Source: Escherichia phage CLB_P2. From it: a stretch of DNA of 64,000 bases. The DNA is taken from sequence record OL770107; one strand, 5' to 3'. This document shows positions 37,655-48,024 of this stretch, one piece after another. Under the pieces are notes generated by a model. The model made no database searches, was not told where the DNA came from, and saw only the letters and a list, made by a program, of their open reading frames with translations. Made by a program: the position numbers and the translations under genes. Position 1 is the stretch's first letter, and each line of letters starts with the position of its first letter.

Positions 37655-39778
37655 ATGGAAAATTTAAACGAAGTTTTTGATAGTGATTCCGCTAAAAACT
37701 ATCCAGTAACAAATCTTAAGCCAGGCTCAGGTATCCCACAGATTTTCTCTATCCAAGCACCAGGTAATGATAACCTGGTTGCTCGTATGGTATCTTATGC
37801 GTCTCAAGGAGACGCTATTAAAATGGTTAAGCCTGGCGACAAATATGTCCACGTTATTCTAATGAGTTTGTCAAGCAAGGGTGCTCCGGCTGAACTCAAA
37901 GGTGGGCTTGGTTCCGACCCGCTTGGTGCATTGAATACTATTTTCGATACGATATATGAACAAGTAAACAAACTTAAAATGGATGCAGTTTTGTTCCGTT
38001 TCCCTACCAAGAAAATGAAAGGTAAGGGTCCTACTGTTCAGCGGGTATTAGCTCGTTTGGTGATGGCACGTACCGGTGGTAAGTTTAAAGTTGTTGATAA
38101 CATGTTCCAATTCAGTGGAAAACATACCTATGTTCTTTTAGTACGTCGCGGCACTAATATCGAAGATATCAAGGGTATGCCTGAAATTGATGCTGACCTT
38201 TATACCAAGGTTGAGTCTAAAGTTGGTGAAGTTTATGTTTCTAAGAAAACTGGCCGGGCCGTAAGTAAGGTCGAAGCCGTGGCGGCATCTATTGCACAGG
38301 TTGAAGAGAAACGTACCGATAAGGCTGTTATCTCTCGTACTAAGATTTCTCGTCGTATGGCTGCAGCAGCACAGTATTCTACTGCCGAACCTGAAACTTT
38401 ATCCCCTAAAGAATTGCAGGTTTATAATGAGTTTGAAGCTTCTGTACCTGTTCATTCGGCTGAAGGTCCTGAGAACGAAGGTATTGAACAAATTAGCCAG
38501 AACTTTAAAAAAGGTGCTATTACTAAAATGCGTCAGGCCTCTCAGTTTAAATCTAAGAGTGAGGACCTTGCCAACTTTAGATACACCATTGCTCTCACAC
38601 ACGCTTTAATGACTGATAGTAAATTTAAACTAAATTATGCTAATAGAGATAAACAAGGGTTTGAAATTTACTCTAATAATATGGCATTTTTTAATACGGA
38701 AGTCGATAGACTTTTAAGCGGCCTTTCTCAAATCAATACTACCAATAGTCTGGATATTATTAAGAGAATTGTTAATAACCTGAGTGCCCGTTTTCAGGGG
38801 TCTCCTTCAGAGAAAGCATCCCGAATTGCTTTCGCTATGGAAGCCGTTTATAAACTGATTAACGATTCTATTAGCGATGCATATGCTTATTCAGGCGAGC
38901 TCATTAAACCTAAGGGCTTGACCAAAGACGAAAGTAATGCCATTATTGAATATTGTGCGGCTGAATATGCTCCTATGAACTTATTCCTTTTAGGTAAACC
39001 TGAATCCGAAAACAATACAACAGCTATTAAATTGATTAAGGATTTAGACTCAGCATTTACCAAGGGTATTAAACTTCCTAAAGGTACTATTTTGTATCGT
39101 GGTCAGGATTTACCATACAAAATTCTGCGCCATAATATTGATAACAAAACCTTTTACTTTAAGAACTTTGTATCCGCTTCATTAAAGCCTAATATCTTTG
39201 GTGAATTTGGTAAAAATTATATGGCCCTCGACAACCAAGCAGTTTTTGTTGGTGATGAAGGTTCTTTATCCTCCGCCGATGAGTTGTTTAAATTGGCCAG
39301 TGGTAGTTCATCTGACGTAGGTGAAGTTGATGATGAAGAGGTAGAATGGGAAGAAGACGAGTTTGGTAATCCAATTGCACCTGAAGGCCCTGCAGACAGG
39401 ATTGCTGAAATTGGTATGGTTATTCGAGGTGCTGAAGCAGTTAAAGTTATCGCTCCTGGTGACCTTACAGAATATGCCGAAGAAGCGGAAATTATCCTTC
39501 CGCGCGGATTATTGTTGAAGGTTGATAAAGTAGCAGCTTTTGCTATGAATGATAGGGTATCTCACAAATACCTTATGGAAGCTACAGTGACATCTCCTTC
39601 AGAACTCAGTGAGTCCGTTTACGATGGTGACCATCTGATGGAAACCGGCGAAGTTAAATTGATGAATGGGTTTAAAGAATTCCTAGTTTCAGAATCTGTT
39701 TCAGAAAGTAACGAGGCTATGGAAATCCTTGCTGCATCTTTGGACATCTCTTCTTTACCAAATAAATTCAAAATGTAG
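37655..39778 (+). CDS. Alt-like ADP-ribosyltransferase (paralog 2)
   Basis: 707 aa; same N-terminal module and C-terminal YRGQ / SAS / EAEIILPRG motifs; unrelated central 250 aa and acidic insert DDEEVEWEEDEFG. Confidence 0.75.
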   Translation: MENLNEVFDSDSAKNYPVTNLKPGSGIPQIFSIQAPGNDNLVARMVSYASQGDAIKMVKPGDKYVHVILMSLSSKGAPAELKGGLGSDPLGALNTIFDTIYEQVNKLKMDAVLFRFPTKKMKGKGPTVQRVLARLVMARTGGKFKVVDNMFQFSGKHTYVLLVRRGTNIEDIKGMPEIDADLYTKVESKVGEVYVSKKTGRAVSKVEAVAASIAQVEEKRTDKAVISRTKISRRMAAAAQYSTAEPETLSPKELQVYNEFEASVPVHSAEGPENEGIEQISQNFKKGAITKMRQASQFKSKSEDLANFRYTIALTHALMTDSKFKLNYANRDKQGFEIYSNNMAFFNTEVDRLLSGLSQINTTNSLDIIKRIVNNLSARFQGSPSEKASRIAFAMEAVYKLINDSISDAYAYSGELIKPKGLTKDESNAIIEYCAAEYAPMNLFLLGKPESENNTTAIKLIKDLDSAFTKGIKLPKGTILYRGQDLPYKILRHNIDNKTFYFKNFVSASLKPNIFGEFGKNYMALDNQAVFVGDEGSLSSADELFKLASGSSSDVGEVDDEEVEWEEDEFGNPIAPEGPADRIAEIGMVIRGAEAVKVIAPGDLTEYAEEAEIILPRGLLLKVDKVAAFAMNDRVSHKYLMEATVTSPSELSESVYDGDHLMETGEVKLMNGFKEFLVSESVSESNEAMEILAASLDISSLPNKFKM

Positions 39779-39807
39779 TTTACAACACCACAAGGATGTG
39801 GTACTAT
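39778..39807 (+). promoter_or_regulatory. early promoter cassette (PeSL-like)
   Basis: GTTTAC, 18 nt, TACTAT, then CATGAGGAGAACATTATG leader. Confidence 0.45.
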
Positions 39808-39835
39808 TACCTTACACAAACATGAGGAGAACATT

Positions 39836-40126
39836 ATGAAATCTGCATTCCGTTTTAATGGTCAAGAACTGGTAGTTGAAAACGTTATCCCTGCTTCTGA
39901 AGAGTTCGACAGTGCAGTAGGTAATGAATTACGTCGAGTTTTCGGCGAAGACAAACAGTTCGACTTACGCCCGGTTGAAAATTTTTCACAACCTGAGCAA
40001 ACCGAAAATATTTTTAATGGTGTAGTAACCGGTCAGCTTGAATCTGAAGCTCCTATTTCTATCACGGTCTTTGTTAAAAAGCAGCCATTAATGACCGCTG
40101 CAGGTTTTATCTCGTTCCGTAAATAA
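39836..40126 (+). CDS. hypothetical protein
   Basis: 96-aa ORF behind cassette promoter. Confidence 0.4.
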   Translation: MKSAFRFNGQELVVENVIPASEEFDSAVGNELRRVFGEDKQFDLRPVENFSQPEQTENIFNGVVTGQLESEAPISITVFVKKQPLMTAAGFISFRK

Positions 40127-40133
40127 ACCCCTA

Positions 40134-40159
40134 AAGGAGAGCGTAAGCTCTCCTTTTTT
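40134..40159. terminator. bidirectional terminator between convergent genes
   Basis: AGGAGAGC-GTAA-GCTCTCCT flanked by A-run and TTTTTT. Confidence 0.6.
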
Positions 40160-40160
40160 G

Positions 40161-41114
40161 TTATAACAACCTGGATACTCCATTATTAATAGCACGCCCA
40201 CCAAATGTATTAACCAACCCGGTCAATCCACTAGAAGCTCCTGAAAGTCTACTTAATTTAGCTACAGAAGAACTTAATGAGTTACTCTCACTTATACCTG
40301 CTACGCCTTTAAGGACTTTATCTTCCAGCCATTCATAAGCAGCTTGTTTACCGACTGCACCCGTCTGTACACTTCTATAAGCAAATGTAACATCAAACGA
40401 AGCAATCTGGTTATCGCCATCATAAGATAATTCCGGCGATGAAACACTTACAGGAACACATCCATTAAGCATTACTACCGTATGTGGCAATCCATTACGA
40501 GAATGAAGGTTGACTTGGATATCGGCTTCAACATCCTCTGGCAATGCTCTTAATTGTGTAATAGGGTCTTGGACACTGTTGACCCAATCATTAAAAGCAC
40601 GGTAGTTAGCAGCTTCAGAATCCATACGGAAGCTTAATACCAATGGAGAATATTCTCTTCCGGTAATTTTGATATTAGGCGAGTTGTGATTCAAATCCAT
40701 TTCATAGTTCAAAGTATTATCTGGGATTTTAACAGCATGGACTAAAAGACCTGCCGTAGGATAAGCCATATTGAAAAAATCCATCAGATAAGTCCCGACT
40801 TCAAACTCACCTAGTAAGCTCTGCACAACCCTGGATGACATAGCACCAATCAGATATTTACTTATGCCTGACTTACGAATCAACTTCTGAGTGCCCGCGG
40901 TCACTAATGTCGTAACACCTTGAGTCAACTCTCCTTGAGTAATTCCAAACAAATCAGTGTTCAATGGGATATTGTTAAATAAAGCTCCACCGAACTGGTC
41001 GAGGAGCGCTTGGGATTTAGAAGAAGGAACTGTAGCAAATACTACACTAAACAGGTTATTCCTCTGTAGGTCAATATTAATTGCCTGGTTTTGAAATTCT
41101 TGTAAAGTATACAT
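40161..41114 (-). CDS. 54: baseplate tail-tube initiator gp54
   Basis: 317-aa ORF (T4 gp54 about 320 aa), last gene of the 51-27-28-29-48-54 operon. Confidence 0.75.
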   Translation of the reverse strand: MYTLQEFQNQAINIDLQRNNLFSVVFATVPSSKSQALLDQFGGALFNNIPLNTDLFGITQGELTQGVTTLVTAGTQKLIRKSGISKYLIGAMSSRVVQSLLGEFEVGTYLMDFFNMAYPTAGLLVHAVKIPDNTLNYEMDLNHNSPNIKITGREYSPLVLSFRMDSEAANYRAFNDWVNSVQDPITQLRALPEDVEADIQVNLHSRNGLPHTVVMLNGCVPVSVSSPELSYDGDNQIASFDVTFAYRSVQTGAVGKQAAYEWLEDKVLKGVAGISESNSLSSSVAKLSRLSGASSGLTGLVNTFGGRAINNGVSRLL

Positions 41115-42208
41115 TAGAATCCTTCCGTATAAAGTGAGCCACGGTTCAAAGTAATGATTTCACGGAAAGTAACTTCTAAACTAAACGTAGATGGTAAGTT
41201 AGGAGCAATAGCCAAACCGTTAAAATGTCCATCAGGAGTTTTATCAAATCGTATACTTTGGATTTGGCAGGGTCCGAAAATATCTTCACGGCCATCGTAT
41301 GAACTACTATCACCAAAGTTTCGAATATACCAAATAGTTGGGTTACTTACCACAATAACATTAGAAAGGAAGCTCGTAATACCTTCGCCTAATAGTTTGC
41401 CGTCAAAGTTATCAATAGCTTCTTTTTTAAATGTGGAACGGTACCAAGTATCAATCTTCTCTTTTAATTCACCGGCGAAGGCAGAGTTACCGGTTTCACC
41501 ATAAGAATAGTAATTAAAGATTTCGTATATTTTAATAATCTGAATAAGGTCTTGGGCGTTTCTAGGGGTCATTTCCCAAGTAAATACCTTAGTACGGTTA
41601 TCTGGCCCTGCATACATACTACGGGCGGTTGTGTATATTTGCTCACCTGAATCGGCCATTACGCCGTTAGTTACGGATTCCAATGCTCCAAATACAGCAG
41701 TACTGGCAACGTTACTCAAAATACCGGTAGCAGTACCACCACCTTTAGTAATTAATGATTCGCCTACATCATTAAATTTATGGGTAACCGAATCAACATC
41801 AGATTTAGAACGTGGGAGCAAAATATTGGCTAAAGCCTGGCTATCAAATTTAACTCCTTTAGAGTTGTTACTAAACAAGTTTTTAACCGCACTGAATCCT
41901 CCGGTATTACCGGTAAGTTTACTAGCGGCTTTTGAAAACTTTTTAGTCATTTGGCTTGAACGGTCATTACGCAAATCGGGTGATACACGAGAGCTAAAAT
42001 TATATGCTGTAAAAAGTAGCCCGTTTTTATATAAATCGCTTAACACCATATCCGTAGAGGTGTCATTACCAGAGGCCCTTTCTGCTGGGTATTGGGCCGT
42101 TACTGTAGTTTGGACCGGTTTAGCTTTAGACTGGCCGGCGGAGGTCTTTGAACCTCCTTTAAACAAGGAGGCTACGTCAATGTCAATTTCTTTTACTTTC
42201 ATTATCAA
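41114..42208 (-). CDS. 48: baseplate tail-tube cap gp48
   Basis: 364-aa ORF (T4 gp48 364 aa); ATG overlap with gene 54. Confidence 0.75.
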   Translation of the reverse strand: MIMKVKEIDIDVASLFKGGSKTSAGQSKAKPVQTTVTAQYPAERASGNDTSTDMVLSDLYKNGLLFTAYNFSSRVSPDLRNDRSSQMTKKFSKAASKLTGNTGGFSAVKNLFSNNSKGVKFDSQALANILLPRSKSDVDSVTHKFNDVGESLITKGGGTATGILSNVASTAVFGALESVTNGVMADSGEQIYTTARSMYAGPDNRTKVFTWEMTPRNAQDLIQIIKIYEIFNYYSYGETGNSAFAGELKEKIDTWYRSTFKKEAIDNFDGKLLGEGITSFLSNVIVVSNPTIWYIRNFGDSSSYDGREDIFGPCQIQSIRFDKTPDGHFNGLAIAPNLPSTFSLEVTFREIITLNRGSLYTEGF

Positions 42209-42210
42209 TC

Positions 42211-43947
42211 CTAATTAACTTTAGTAGCTTGACGCATACCAGGAGCAGGAGTAGAAGACTGTGGTGGTAAATTATAACTGGTCTTACTCGTTTTCTTGAT
42301 ATTCGTTTGCTGATTTATTTGAGTTGGAGCTTGCTGACTATATTTAGCATTTTCCTTTGCTCTCATTTGCTCGTCAACCTTTTTAACCTGGGTGTTTTCA
42401 GGAGATTCCGCTACAGAAGCAGGTTTAGGCTTTTCAGCTTCGTTAAATTTCTCTAAAGATTTATTCATCTTATCAAGTAATTGCTGGATATTAAGGTCCT
42501 TAGGTGCTCCACCTTTAGCCATAATAGGGTCAGCCAATTGTTTCTCGATATCCGCTTTAAATGCCTTGGCATTTTCGATATCTTTAGAATCAGGCTTCAT
42601 TATATTATCGGCGGTTTGAGTTAAACGAATAATATCGGCCTGTGCTTTATCACGTTTCTTGAAATACTCTAAACGTTCTTCTTCAGGGAGGTCACGGAAG
42701 CTTGTGTCAATTCCACCTGCGCGTAATTGGTCAGCTTGTTCTTTAGTAAGGTTACCGTATTTCTCTGCCTGGTTTATAAGCTCGGGTTTATCCTTATACT
42801 TCTTATTCATTTTCTCGGCTGCTTCTAAAGCCTCGGCAGAACGTCTATCATGATACTTGGCTACTTTAGTTTGGTCTTCGTCATCTAAAGTGGCTCCGGT
42901 ATTTTGTTGATATGACATTAAAGCGGATGCCTCTACGTTTTCAGCCAACTCGCCCATACCTGGTATTTTACTTAAAATGGCAGAAATCAATTTAGAAATA
43001 CCGAGCATTAACAGTTGTGCCATATTTTTGGTAAGATTAACCATACCGCGAATAATAGCTTCTGCCAGACCTAGCCAATTTCTTTCGCTAAACATAGCTT
43101 CAGCATTCTTGGCCCAGGTCATTAAGCCTTCAAGTACAGGTCCCCACTCTTTAAACTTATCGTTAAATTTTTTCCATCCTTCATTAAATTGGTCCATGAA
43201 ATATTGGAAGTATACACGAATAGCATCTATACCAAATATTAAAAGGGCTAAACCTGCGGCAAGTTTAGCGGCTTCTGCAGCAGCAGTAATAGTATACTTA
43301 AAAAGCATGTCTGAAATTCTATCAGCGACGCCTATAGAAGCTTTAAATCCTTTTTCGGTTATTTTTGTAAGGGCTTCGATTTTATCAGAAAGAGAAGACT
43401 TATCACCTTCTTTACCTTCATCCGAATTTTTAGGAGGCTCTGGCATAAATTCGGCGTCAGGTTTATTATCTTCAGGCGGAAGAATATCTTCAACAACAGC
43501 AGGGACTTTAGGAGTTTCGGCCTTGGGTTCTTCCGGAATAGAGTCTTCAATAACCTTTAATGAGCTCCCGTCCGGTGGAATAGAAATACCGGAAAATTTA
43601 GCCTCCAACATATTAGAAAGCTTATTAATCTTTTCGTTTAATGCATCCGAAAGAGCTTTAGACTGTTGGGTTTGTTCTGATATAGCTTCAGCTGTTAATT
43701 CTGTTCCAGCGACAACGTCTTGGACGCTTTTATCTACTCTATCTACAGAATTAATAATCTGATTGGACTTTGTCTCAACCACTTCAGAGAGCAATTCAGA
43801 CGCCGCCTGGGAATCAGATAAAACATCTGATATATTTCCTAATTCATCGTTCTGAGTTTGGGCTAGCGCCTCAGCACGACGCTGAGGAGCCATTTCTTCA
43901 ATCAGTTTATTGCGACGAAAACTATTCTGATTAGATTCATTCTTCAT
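42211..43947 (-). CDS. 29: baseplate hub / tail length tape-measure protein gp29
   Basis: 578-aa ORF (T4 gp29 about 590 aa); extended helical, charged composition. Confidence 0.75.
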   Translation of the reverse strand: MKNESNQNSFRRNKLIEEMAPQRRAEALAQTQNDELGNISDVLSDSQAASELLSEVVETKSNQIINSVDRVDKSVQDVVAGTELTAEAISEQTQQSKALSDALNEKINKLSNMLEAKFSGISIPPDGSSLKVIEDSIPEEPKAETPKVPAVVEDILPPEDNKPDAEFMPEPPKNSDEGKEGDKSSLSDKIEALTKITEKGFKASIGVADRISDMLFKYTITAAAEAAKLAAGLALLIFGIDAIRVYFQYFMDQFNEGWKKFNDKFKEWGPVLEGLMTWAKNAEAMFSERNWLGLAEAIIRGMVNLTKNMAQLLMLGISKLISAILSKIPGMGELAENVEASALMSYQQNTGATLDDEDQTKVAKYHDRRSAEALEAAEKMNKKYKDKPELINQAEKYGNLTKEQADQLRAGGIDTSFRDLPEEERLEYFKKRDKAQADIIRLTQTADNIMKPDSKDIENAKAFKADIEKQLADPIMAKGGAPKDLNIQQLLDKMNKSLEKFNEAEKPKPASVAESPENTQVKKVDEQMRAKENAKYSQQAPTQINQQTNIKKTSKTSYNLPPQSSTPAPGMRQATKVN

Positions 43948-44458
43948 TTAAGATATCCATGATTTTAAGCAATCCTTTGATAGGACCATTAGGACCAGGG
44001 ATAGCTACAGTAGAAGTTATATCGTCGGCCCATGTAGCAACAAAGGCAGGCATATCCAGAAAATCTGGTACATCGTTACCAAGGTAAAGAGATTGTAATA
44101 CACTATCAACCGGACCAAAGGTCTGGAATGGTTCGTGTGATTTGAATTTAAATGTTTTACCTTGGAATTGGAATTCAAGTCGCTGGCAGATATAAAGGTC
44201 ATTTAGGTTATACGTAAACCCGTCTTTAGTTACTTTACTTTTTAATCTTCCATTGAATTCTAAAAGATGAAGAGCAGCGAAATCAGTCTCCGCTGCAGTT
44301 AAACCCTTATAAATGGAATTCATTAATATATGAAGAGCTTTATAAGGGTCCTTTTCATCTTTAACCAATTTTTGGTGTTTAAGACCTAATTTAGGAATGG
44401 AAATCTCTTTATCACCCAGCGTTATTTTCTTGATCGGGAGTATCAGTTTTAAGTTCAT
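43937..44458 (-). CDS. 28: baseplate hub distal subunit gp28
   Basis: About 173 aa from ATG at 44458 (AAGG RBS); the table ORF extends upstream to 44500 with an alternative start; overlaps the gp27 3' end. Confidence 0.65.
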   Translation of the reverse strand: MNLKLILPIKKITLGDKEISIPKLGLKHQKLVKDEKDPYKALHILMNSIYKGLTAAETDFAALHLLEFNGRLKSKVTKDGFTYNLNDLYICQRLEFQFQGKTFKFKSHEPFQTFGPVDSVLQSLYLGNDVPDFLDMPAFVATWADDITSTVAIPGPNGPIKGLLKIMDILNEE

Positions 44459-45581
44459 TTTTAACCTTCGGTGGTTCTTCAATCTTAATAGGCTTACCAT
44501 TAGTAAACATATAAAGGTTTGTAATTGATGTATTGTTACTCACTTCATGAATAACTTCGTCTACATAAAAATCGTACTGGAATTGGTTTTTAGGGTCATA
44601 GAAATTAATCTTATCACCTGGAGTTAATTCAAAGTTCCCATATACCTTACAATGAGCATAACCATCGTACTGGGCCATTGTAACTAATCTATCAGCTTCT
44701 TCAAATCCATTTCGGTAGGTATAATCAGAATATCCACCTGAACGAGAAACCAATATACTGTTTTGTCCATCACCAAAAGTAATTCGTGTAGCGTTTTTAT
44801 CTAGGAACGAATGGGCATATACTGTAGCATTTTCGTATGGCTTTCTGGTATGTTGGTTAGCTTTAGTTAGCCACTCAAAATCAAATGCAATAGGGGTATC
44901 CATATCTTGGACGTATTGGCCTATTAAACGAGGCTCACCAACCACAAAATTGATAGGCTCCTGATTAACCATAAATTCGTAGTCCATGATAGAAATACCA
45001 TCTATATCTTCCCAGACAAATACAAATTTATCGGATTCAACAGCCATACCTACTTCTCGCACAAATTCCATATATCTGTCCATAGAATCACACCACGGAA
45101 CATTAGGAACGTAAACGTTTATTCCGTTCAAAGGAGGAGCAAGTAACGGACGGTCTTGGTAAATAACACCAATCATTTCTGTTAATGTTTCTTGAACGCT
45201 AGGGAAGAACATACGTCCGAATTTAAGATTTTCTAAAAAGTGGATAGGGGCGAGTTGTATTGTTATGATATTGTCGCCCTTAGAATCCACCCCTACTGCA
45301 AAGTGTTTACTTCCGTAAATTCTTGATTGGGTACGTTCAGAGTTGGCATTCTTAACAGAAACTTGGATAATTTGTTCACCATCCATTTTAGTATGAAGGT
45401 TTTTTGCATCATAAAACTGGAGCAATCCTTCATTACTACCGTAAAGGCCATCACGCATTGTTAGGGTAGTAAATGTCGCGCCTAGTTCAACAAAACGATG
45501 CTCTAACCAGGCGTCATAATCTTCGTAAAGGCGTATACTAATATTAGGAAAGCCTTCACGCTGCATAGTTTTTGAACTCAT
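44412..45581 (-). CDS. 27: baseplate hub subunit gp27
   Basis: 389-aa ORF (T4 gp27 391 aa) between 51 and 28. Confidence 0.8.
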   Translation of the reverse strand: MSSKTMQREGFPNISIRLYEDYDAWLEHRFVELGATFTTLTMRDGLYGSNEGLLQFYDAKNLHTKMDGEQIIQVSVKNANSERTQSRIYGSKHFAVGVDSKGDNIITIQLAPIHFLENLKFGRMFFPSVQETLTEMIGVIYQDRPLLAPPLNGINVYVPNVPWCDSMDRYMEFVREVGMAVESDKFVFVWEDIDGISIMDYEFMVNQEPINFVVGEPRLIGQYVQDMDTPIAFDFEWLTKANQHTRKPYENATVYAHSFLDKNATRITFGDGQNSILVSRSGGYSDYTYRNGFEEADRLVTMAQYDGYAHCKVYGNFELTPGDKINFYDPKNQFQYDFYVDEVIHEVSNNTSITNLYMFTNGKPIKIEEPPKVKNELKTDTPDQENNAG

Positions 45582-46330
45582 TTCTTAAGGTCCTTTTCAA
45601 CCAAAGACAAAGCAATACCGCGTTCGATTGGAATCATCTGCATAATGCTTTCTAATGAATAATTGTTCTTTACCAATAAATGGTTTATTTGGTAAAATAA
45701 AAATATCTCATCCGGATTGACTATAAGCTTAAACACCTCTAAAATATCGGTATACGTAATTGTTCTACGATTACAGCATCCATATTTGAGTTCGAAATGA
45801 ATAGGGCTTGTTTGTTTGACTATATCCTCTAAAGTGGATAAGTCTATAGCATCTATTACGGCCAACTGGTCTTCTTCAGAAAGGTCAGTCCAATTATATG
45901 TCCCATTTTCATCTTCGACGGTTTGGAGGGTGTTCAAAATCAATTCAGATTTGTCGTGATATTCTATTTCCGGAAATTTGAATGTTAGTTTCAAGCCAGC
46001 CACTTCAATTGTAGGGTTATCTAACTTGGCCTGTTTCAAATTGAATAAGACTTGTTTATCCTTTTCACACTTACTGCAAGTGTATCGGATAGGAATTTTG
46101 GTCTTGCCGAGTGATGACGTGTAAAGTTCAATGAACATATACGGGCGCCATGACATAGGATATTCACCGAAGTATTCTTCCAGTAACTCATCTAAAATTT
46201 GTTTTTGCTCTTCAGGTGATTTATTATTCATGTCATTTCGAATCAAAATAAAATCACGATAATCAGCTACTGTAAAAGGTTTAAATCGGTGGACTCCATC
46301 GGGCATTTCACAACGTACTATATTAGCCAT
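45578..46330 (-). CDS. 51: baseplate hub assembly catalyst gp51
   Basis: About 250 aa from ATG at 46330 with GAGGA RBS (T4 gp51 249 aa). Confidence 0.7.
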   Translation of the reverse strand: MANIVRCEMPDGVHRFKPFTVADYRDFILIRNDMNNKSPEEQKQILDELLEEYFGEYPMSWRPYMFIELYTSSLGKTKIPIRYTCSKCEKDKQVLFNLKQAKLDNPTIEVAGLKLTFKFPEIEYHDKSELILNTLQTVEDENGTYNWTDLSEEDQLAVIDAIDLSTLEDIVKQTSPIHFELKYGCCNRRTITYTDILEVFKLIVNPDEIFLFYQINHLLVKNNYSLESIMQMIPIERGIALSLVEKDLKK

Positions 46331-46350
46331 AGGGTGTCCTCTTATTGATG

Positions 46351-46362
46351 TATTTATAAATA
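46351..46362. promoter_or_regulatory. divergent late promoters (palindromic TATTTATAAATA) for genes 51 and 26
   Basis: TATAAATA readable on both strands within 12 nt, centred between the divergent 51 and 26 starts. Confidence 0.5.
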
Positions 46363-46380
46363 AGCTTAAAGGAGAAGACA

Positions 46381-47004
46381 ATGAATTATACTTTTGACGT
46401 AAAAATTAAAAACAAAACCATAAAATGCAGAGCATTTACCCTCAGAGAGTATAAGGACTTGCTCCAAGCTAAATTAGAAGGCAGAATAGAGTCCTTTATC
46501 AATGAACTCATTTCGAATTGCACAGATGCTCGTGATTTAAACAAGCAAGAATCTGAGCTCCTGGTGATAAACCTGTGGGCCCATTCATTAGCTGAAGTTA
46601 ATATAGAACGTGAGTGGGTTTGTAGTTGTGGTCGCTCACAGGTTGTTCCTATGACACTAACTCGCGCAACATTAGGTAAAGAGCCAGATGTTATTAAAGA
46701 CTTTGGCAACTTTAAAATCGTGTTCAGATATCCTAAACTCTTTGAAGATAAAAATAGAGCTATGATGGTCGCAGGGTGTATCGATTATATTTTAACTTCT
46801 GCAGGCGAAAAGCTTTTTCTTTCCGATTTAAGTGATGCGGAACTTGATGACCTTTATTCTGTGATAACAGAAAAAGATATAAAAGAAGTTTATGATGCTC
46901 TAGTTGCCCCTAAGCCTATTTTGGCCATACCTATTTCTTGTGAATGTGGTGAACATACCGTCCATGTTATTGAGGGACTTAAAGAGTTCTTTAAGGTGAT
47001 GTAA
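46381..47004 (+). CDS. 26: baseplate hub subunit gp26
   Basis: 207-aa ORF (T4 gp26 208 aa); AAGGAG RBS. Confidence 0.75.
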   Translation: MNYTFDVKIKNKTIKCRAFTLREYKDLLQAKLEGRIESFINELISNCTDARDLNKQESELLVINLWAHSLAEVNIEREWVCSCGRSQVVPMTLTRATLGKEPDVIKDFGNFKIVFRYPKLFEDKNRAMMVAGCIDYILTSAGEKLFLSDLSDAELDDLYSVITEKDIKEVYDALVAPKPILAIPISCECGEHTVHVIEGLKEFFKVM

Positions 47005-47393
47005 TGAATATCAATAAAATGTATTCAGATTTAGACCCTGAAATGAGGACGTCTTGGAATAGAGACGTCGCTAAAGCTACAGGGGCCCGTGCAGTAAAAA
47101 ACAGTTTGCTAGGCATTATTACCACCCGTAAGGGTTCTCGCCCTTTTATGCCTGAATTCGGTTGTGATATCAGTAATCAACTATTTGAGAATATTACTCC
47201 ATTAATCACGGATACCATTAAGCGTAATATAGTTTCCGCTGTGCGGAACTTCGAACCCAGAATTTCTGCTCTTGCCGTAGGCGTTACCCCTGTTTATGAT
47301 GACAACTCTATTATAGTAACCGTCCAGTTTAGTATTGTTGATGACCCGGATACATTAGAGCAAATTAGAATCCAGCTCTCACAGAGTGGTTAA
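47004..47393 (+). CDS. 25: baseplate wedge subunit gp25
   Basis: 129-aa ORF (T4 gp25 132 aa); ATGA-coupled to gene 26. Confidence 0.8.
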   Translation: MNINKMYSDLDPEMRTSWNRDVAKATGARAVKNSLLGIITTRKGSRPFMPEFGCDISNQLFENITPLITDTIKRNIVSAVRNFEPRISALAVGVTPVYDDNSIIVTVQFSIVDDPDTLEQIRIQLSQSG

Positions 47394-47394
47394 T

Positions 47395-47420
47395 TGCTGT
47401 TCAAATGAATAGTGTATAAT
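47395..47420 (+). promoter_or_regulatory. candidate MotA-box middle promoter for uvsY
   Basis: TTGCTGT then 15 nt then TATAAT about 30 nt upstream of uvsY. Confidence 0.35.
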
Positions 47421-47451
47421 GGTCCTATGGTTATTACACAGGAAACATGCG

Positions 47452-47886
47452 ATGAGTAAAGAGATTGAATATAAATTGGAATCATTCCAAGATGCATTAG
47501 ATGAAGATTTAAAAATTGATGGGACTCGTTTACAGTATGAAGTACAGAACAACGTTTTGCTGCACAGCAAATGGCTAAGGCTGTATACGAATTGTAAGAA
47601 AGAGATAATGCGATTAGAAATCCAGAAAAAGACCTCTCTCAAGAAGAGATTAGATTTCTACACGGGACGTGGAGAGCCTGGTGATGAGGTTTGTATGGAC
47701 CAGTATGAGAAGTCAGAATTAAAGACTGTAATGGCCGCAGATTCTAGCGTGATTAAAATCGATACATCAATTCAATATTGGGCTTTATTACAGGACTTTT
47801 GTAGTTCGGCACTTGATGCCATTAAGGCGCGTGGGTTTAACCTTAAGACCATGCATGAGATGAGACAATTTGAGGCAGGTAAATAA
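47452..47886 (+). CDS. uvsY: recombination mediator UvsY
   Basis: About 144 aa from ATG at 47452; blocks LQYE-QNNV-L-SKWL, YEKSE-KTV-AADSSV-K-DTS-QYW and C-terminus FEAGK as in T4 UvsY. Confidence 0.85.
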   Translation: MSKEIEYKLESFQDALDEDLKIDGTRLQYEVQNNVLLHSKWLRLYTNCKKEIMRLEIQKKTSLKKRLDFYTGRGEPGDEVCMDQYEKSELKTVMAADSSVIKIDTSIQYWALLQDFCSSALDAIKARGFNLKTMHEMRQFEAGK

Positions 47887-47996
47887 TGAAAAATATTAGT
47901 GAGATTCTTGATGAGATGGTTGTTTCTGCTAACAGAATAACCGAAATTGTTAACGAATTGAAAGCAAAAGCCGCAGCAATGAAGGCTAATAAATAG
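47886..47996 (+). CDS. mini-ORF (36 aa)
   Basis: ATG overlaps the uvsY stop; T4 has small ORFs in this position; below the ORF-track cutoff. Confidence 0.3.
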   Translation: MKNISEILDEMVVSANRITEIVNELKAKAAAMKANK

Positions 47997-48024
47997 ATAT
48001 GTAAGATAAACTAAGGAGACAATC

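Noticed and set aside
44412-44500. Apparent 89-nt overlap of genes 27 and 28 suggesting a frameshift or fusion
   Set aside because: The ORF-track start for gene 28 is an upstream alternative start; an ATG with an AAGG RBS at 44458 gives a product of T4-like size, leaving a 47-nt overlap that is plausible for translational coupling.
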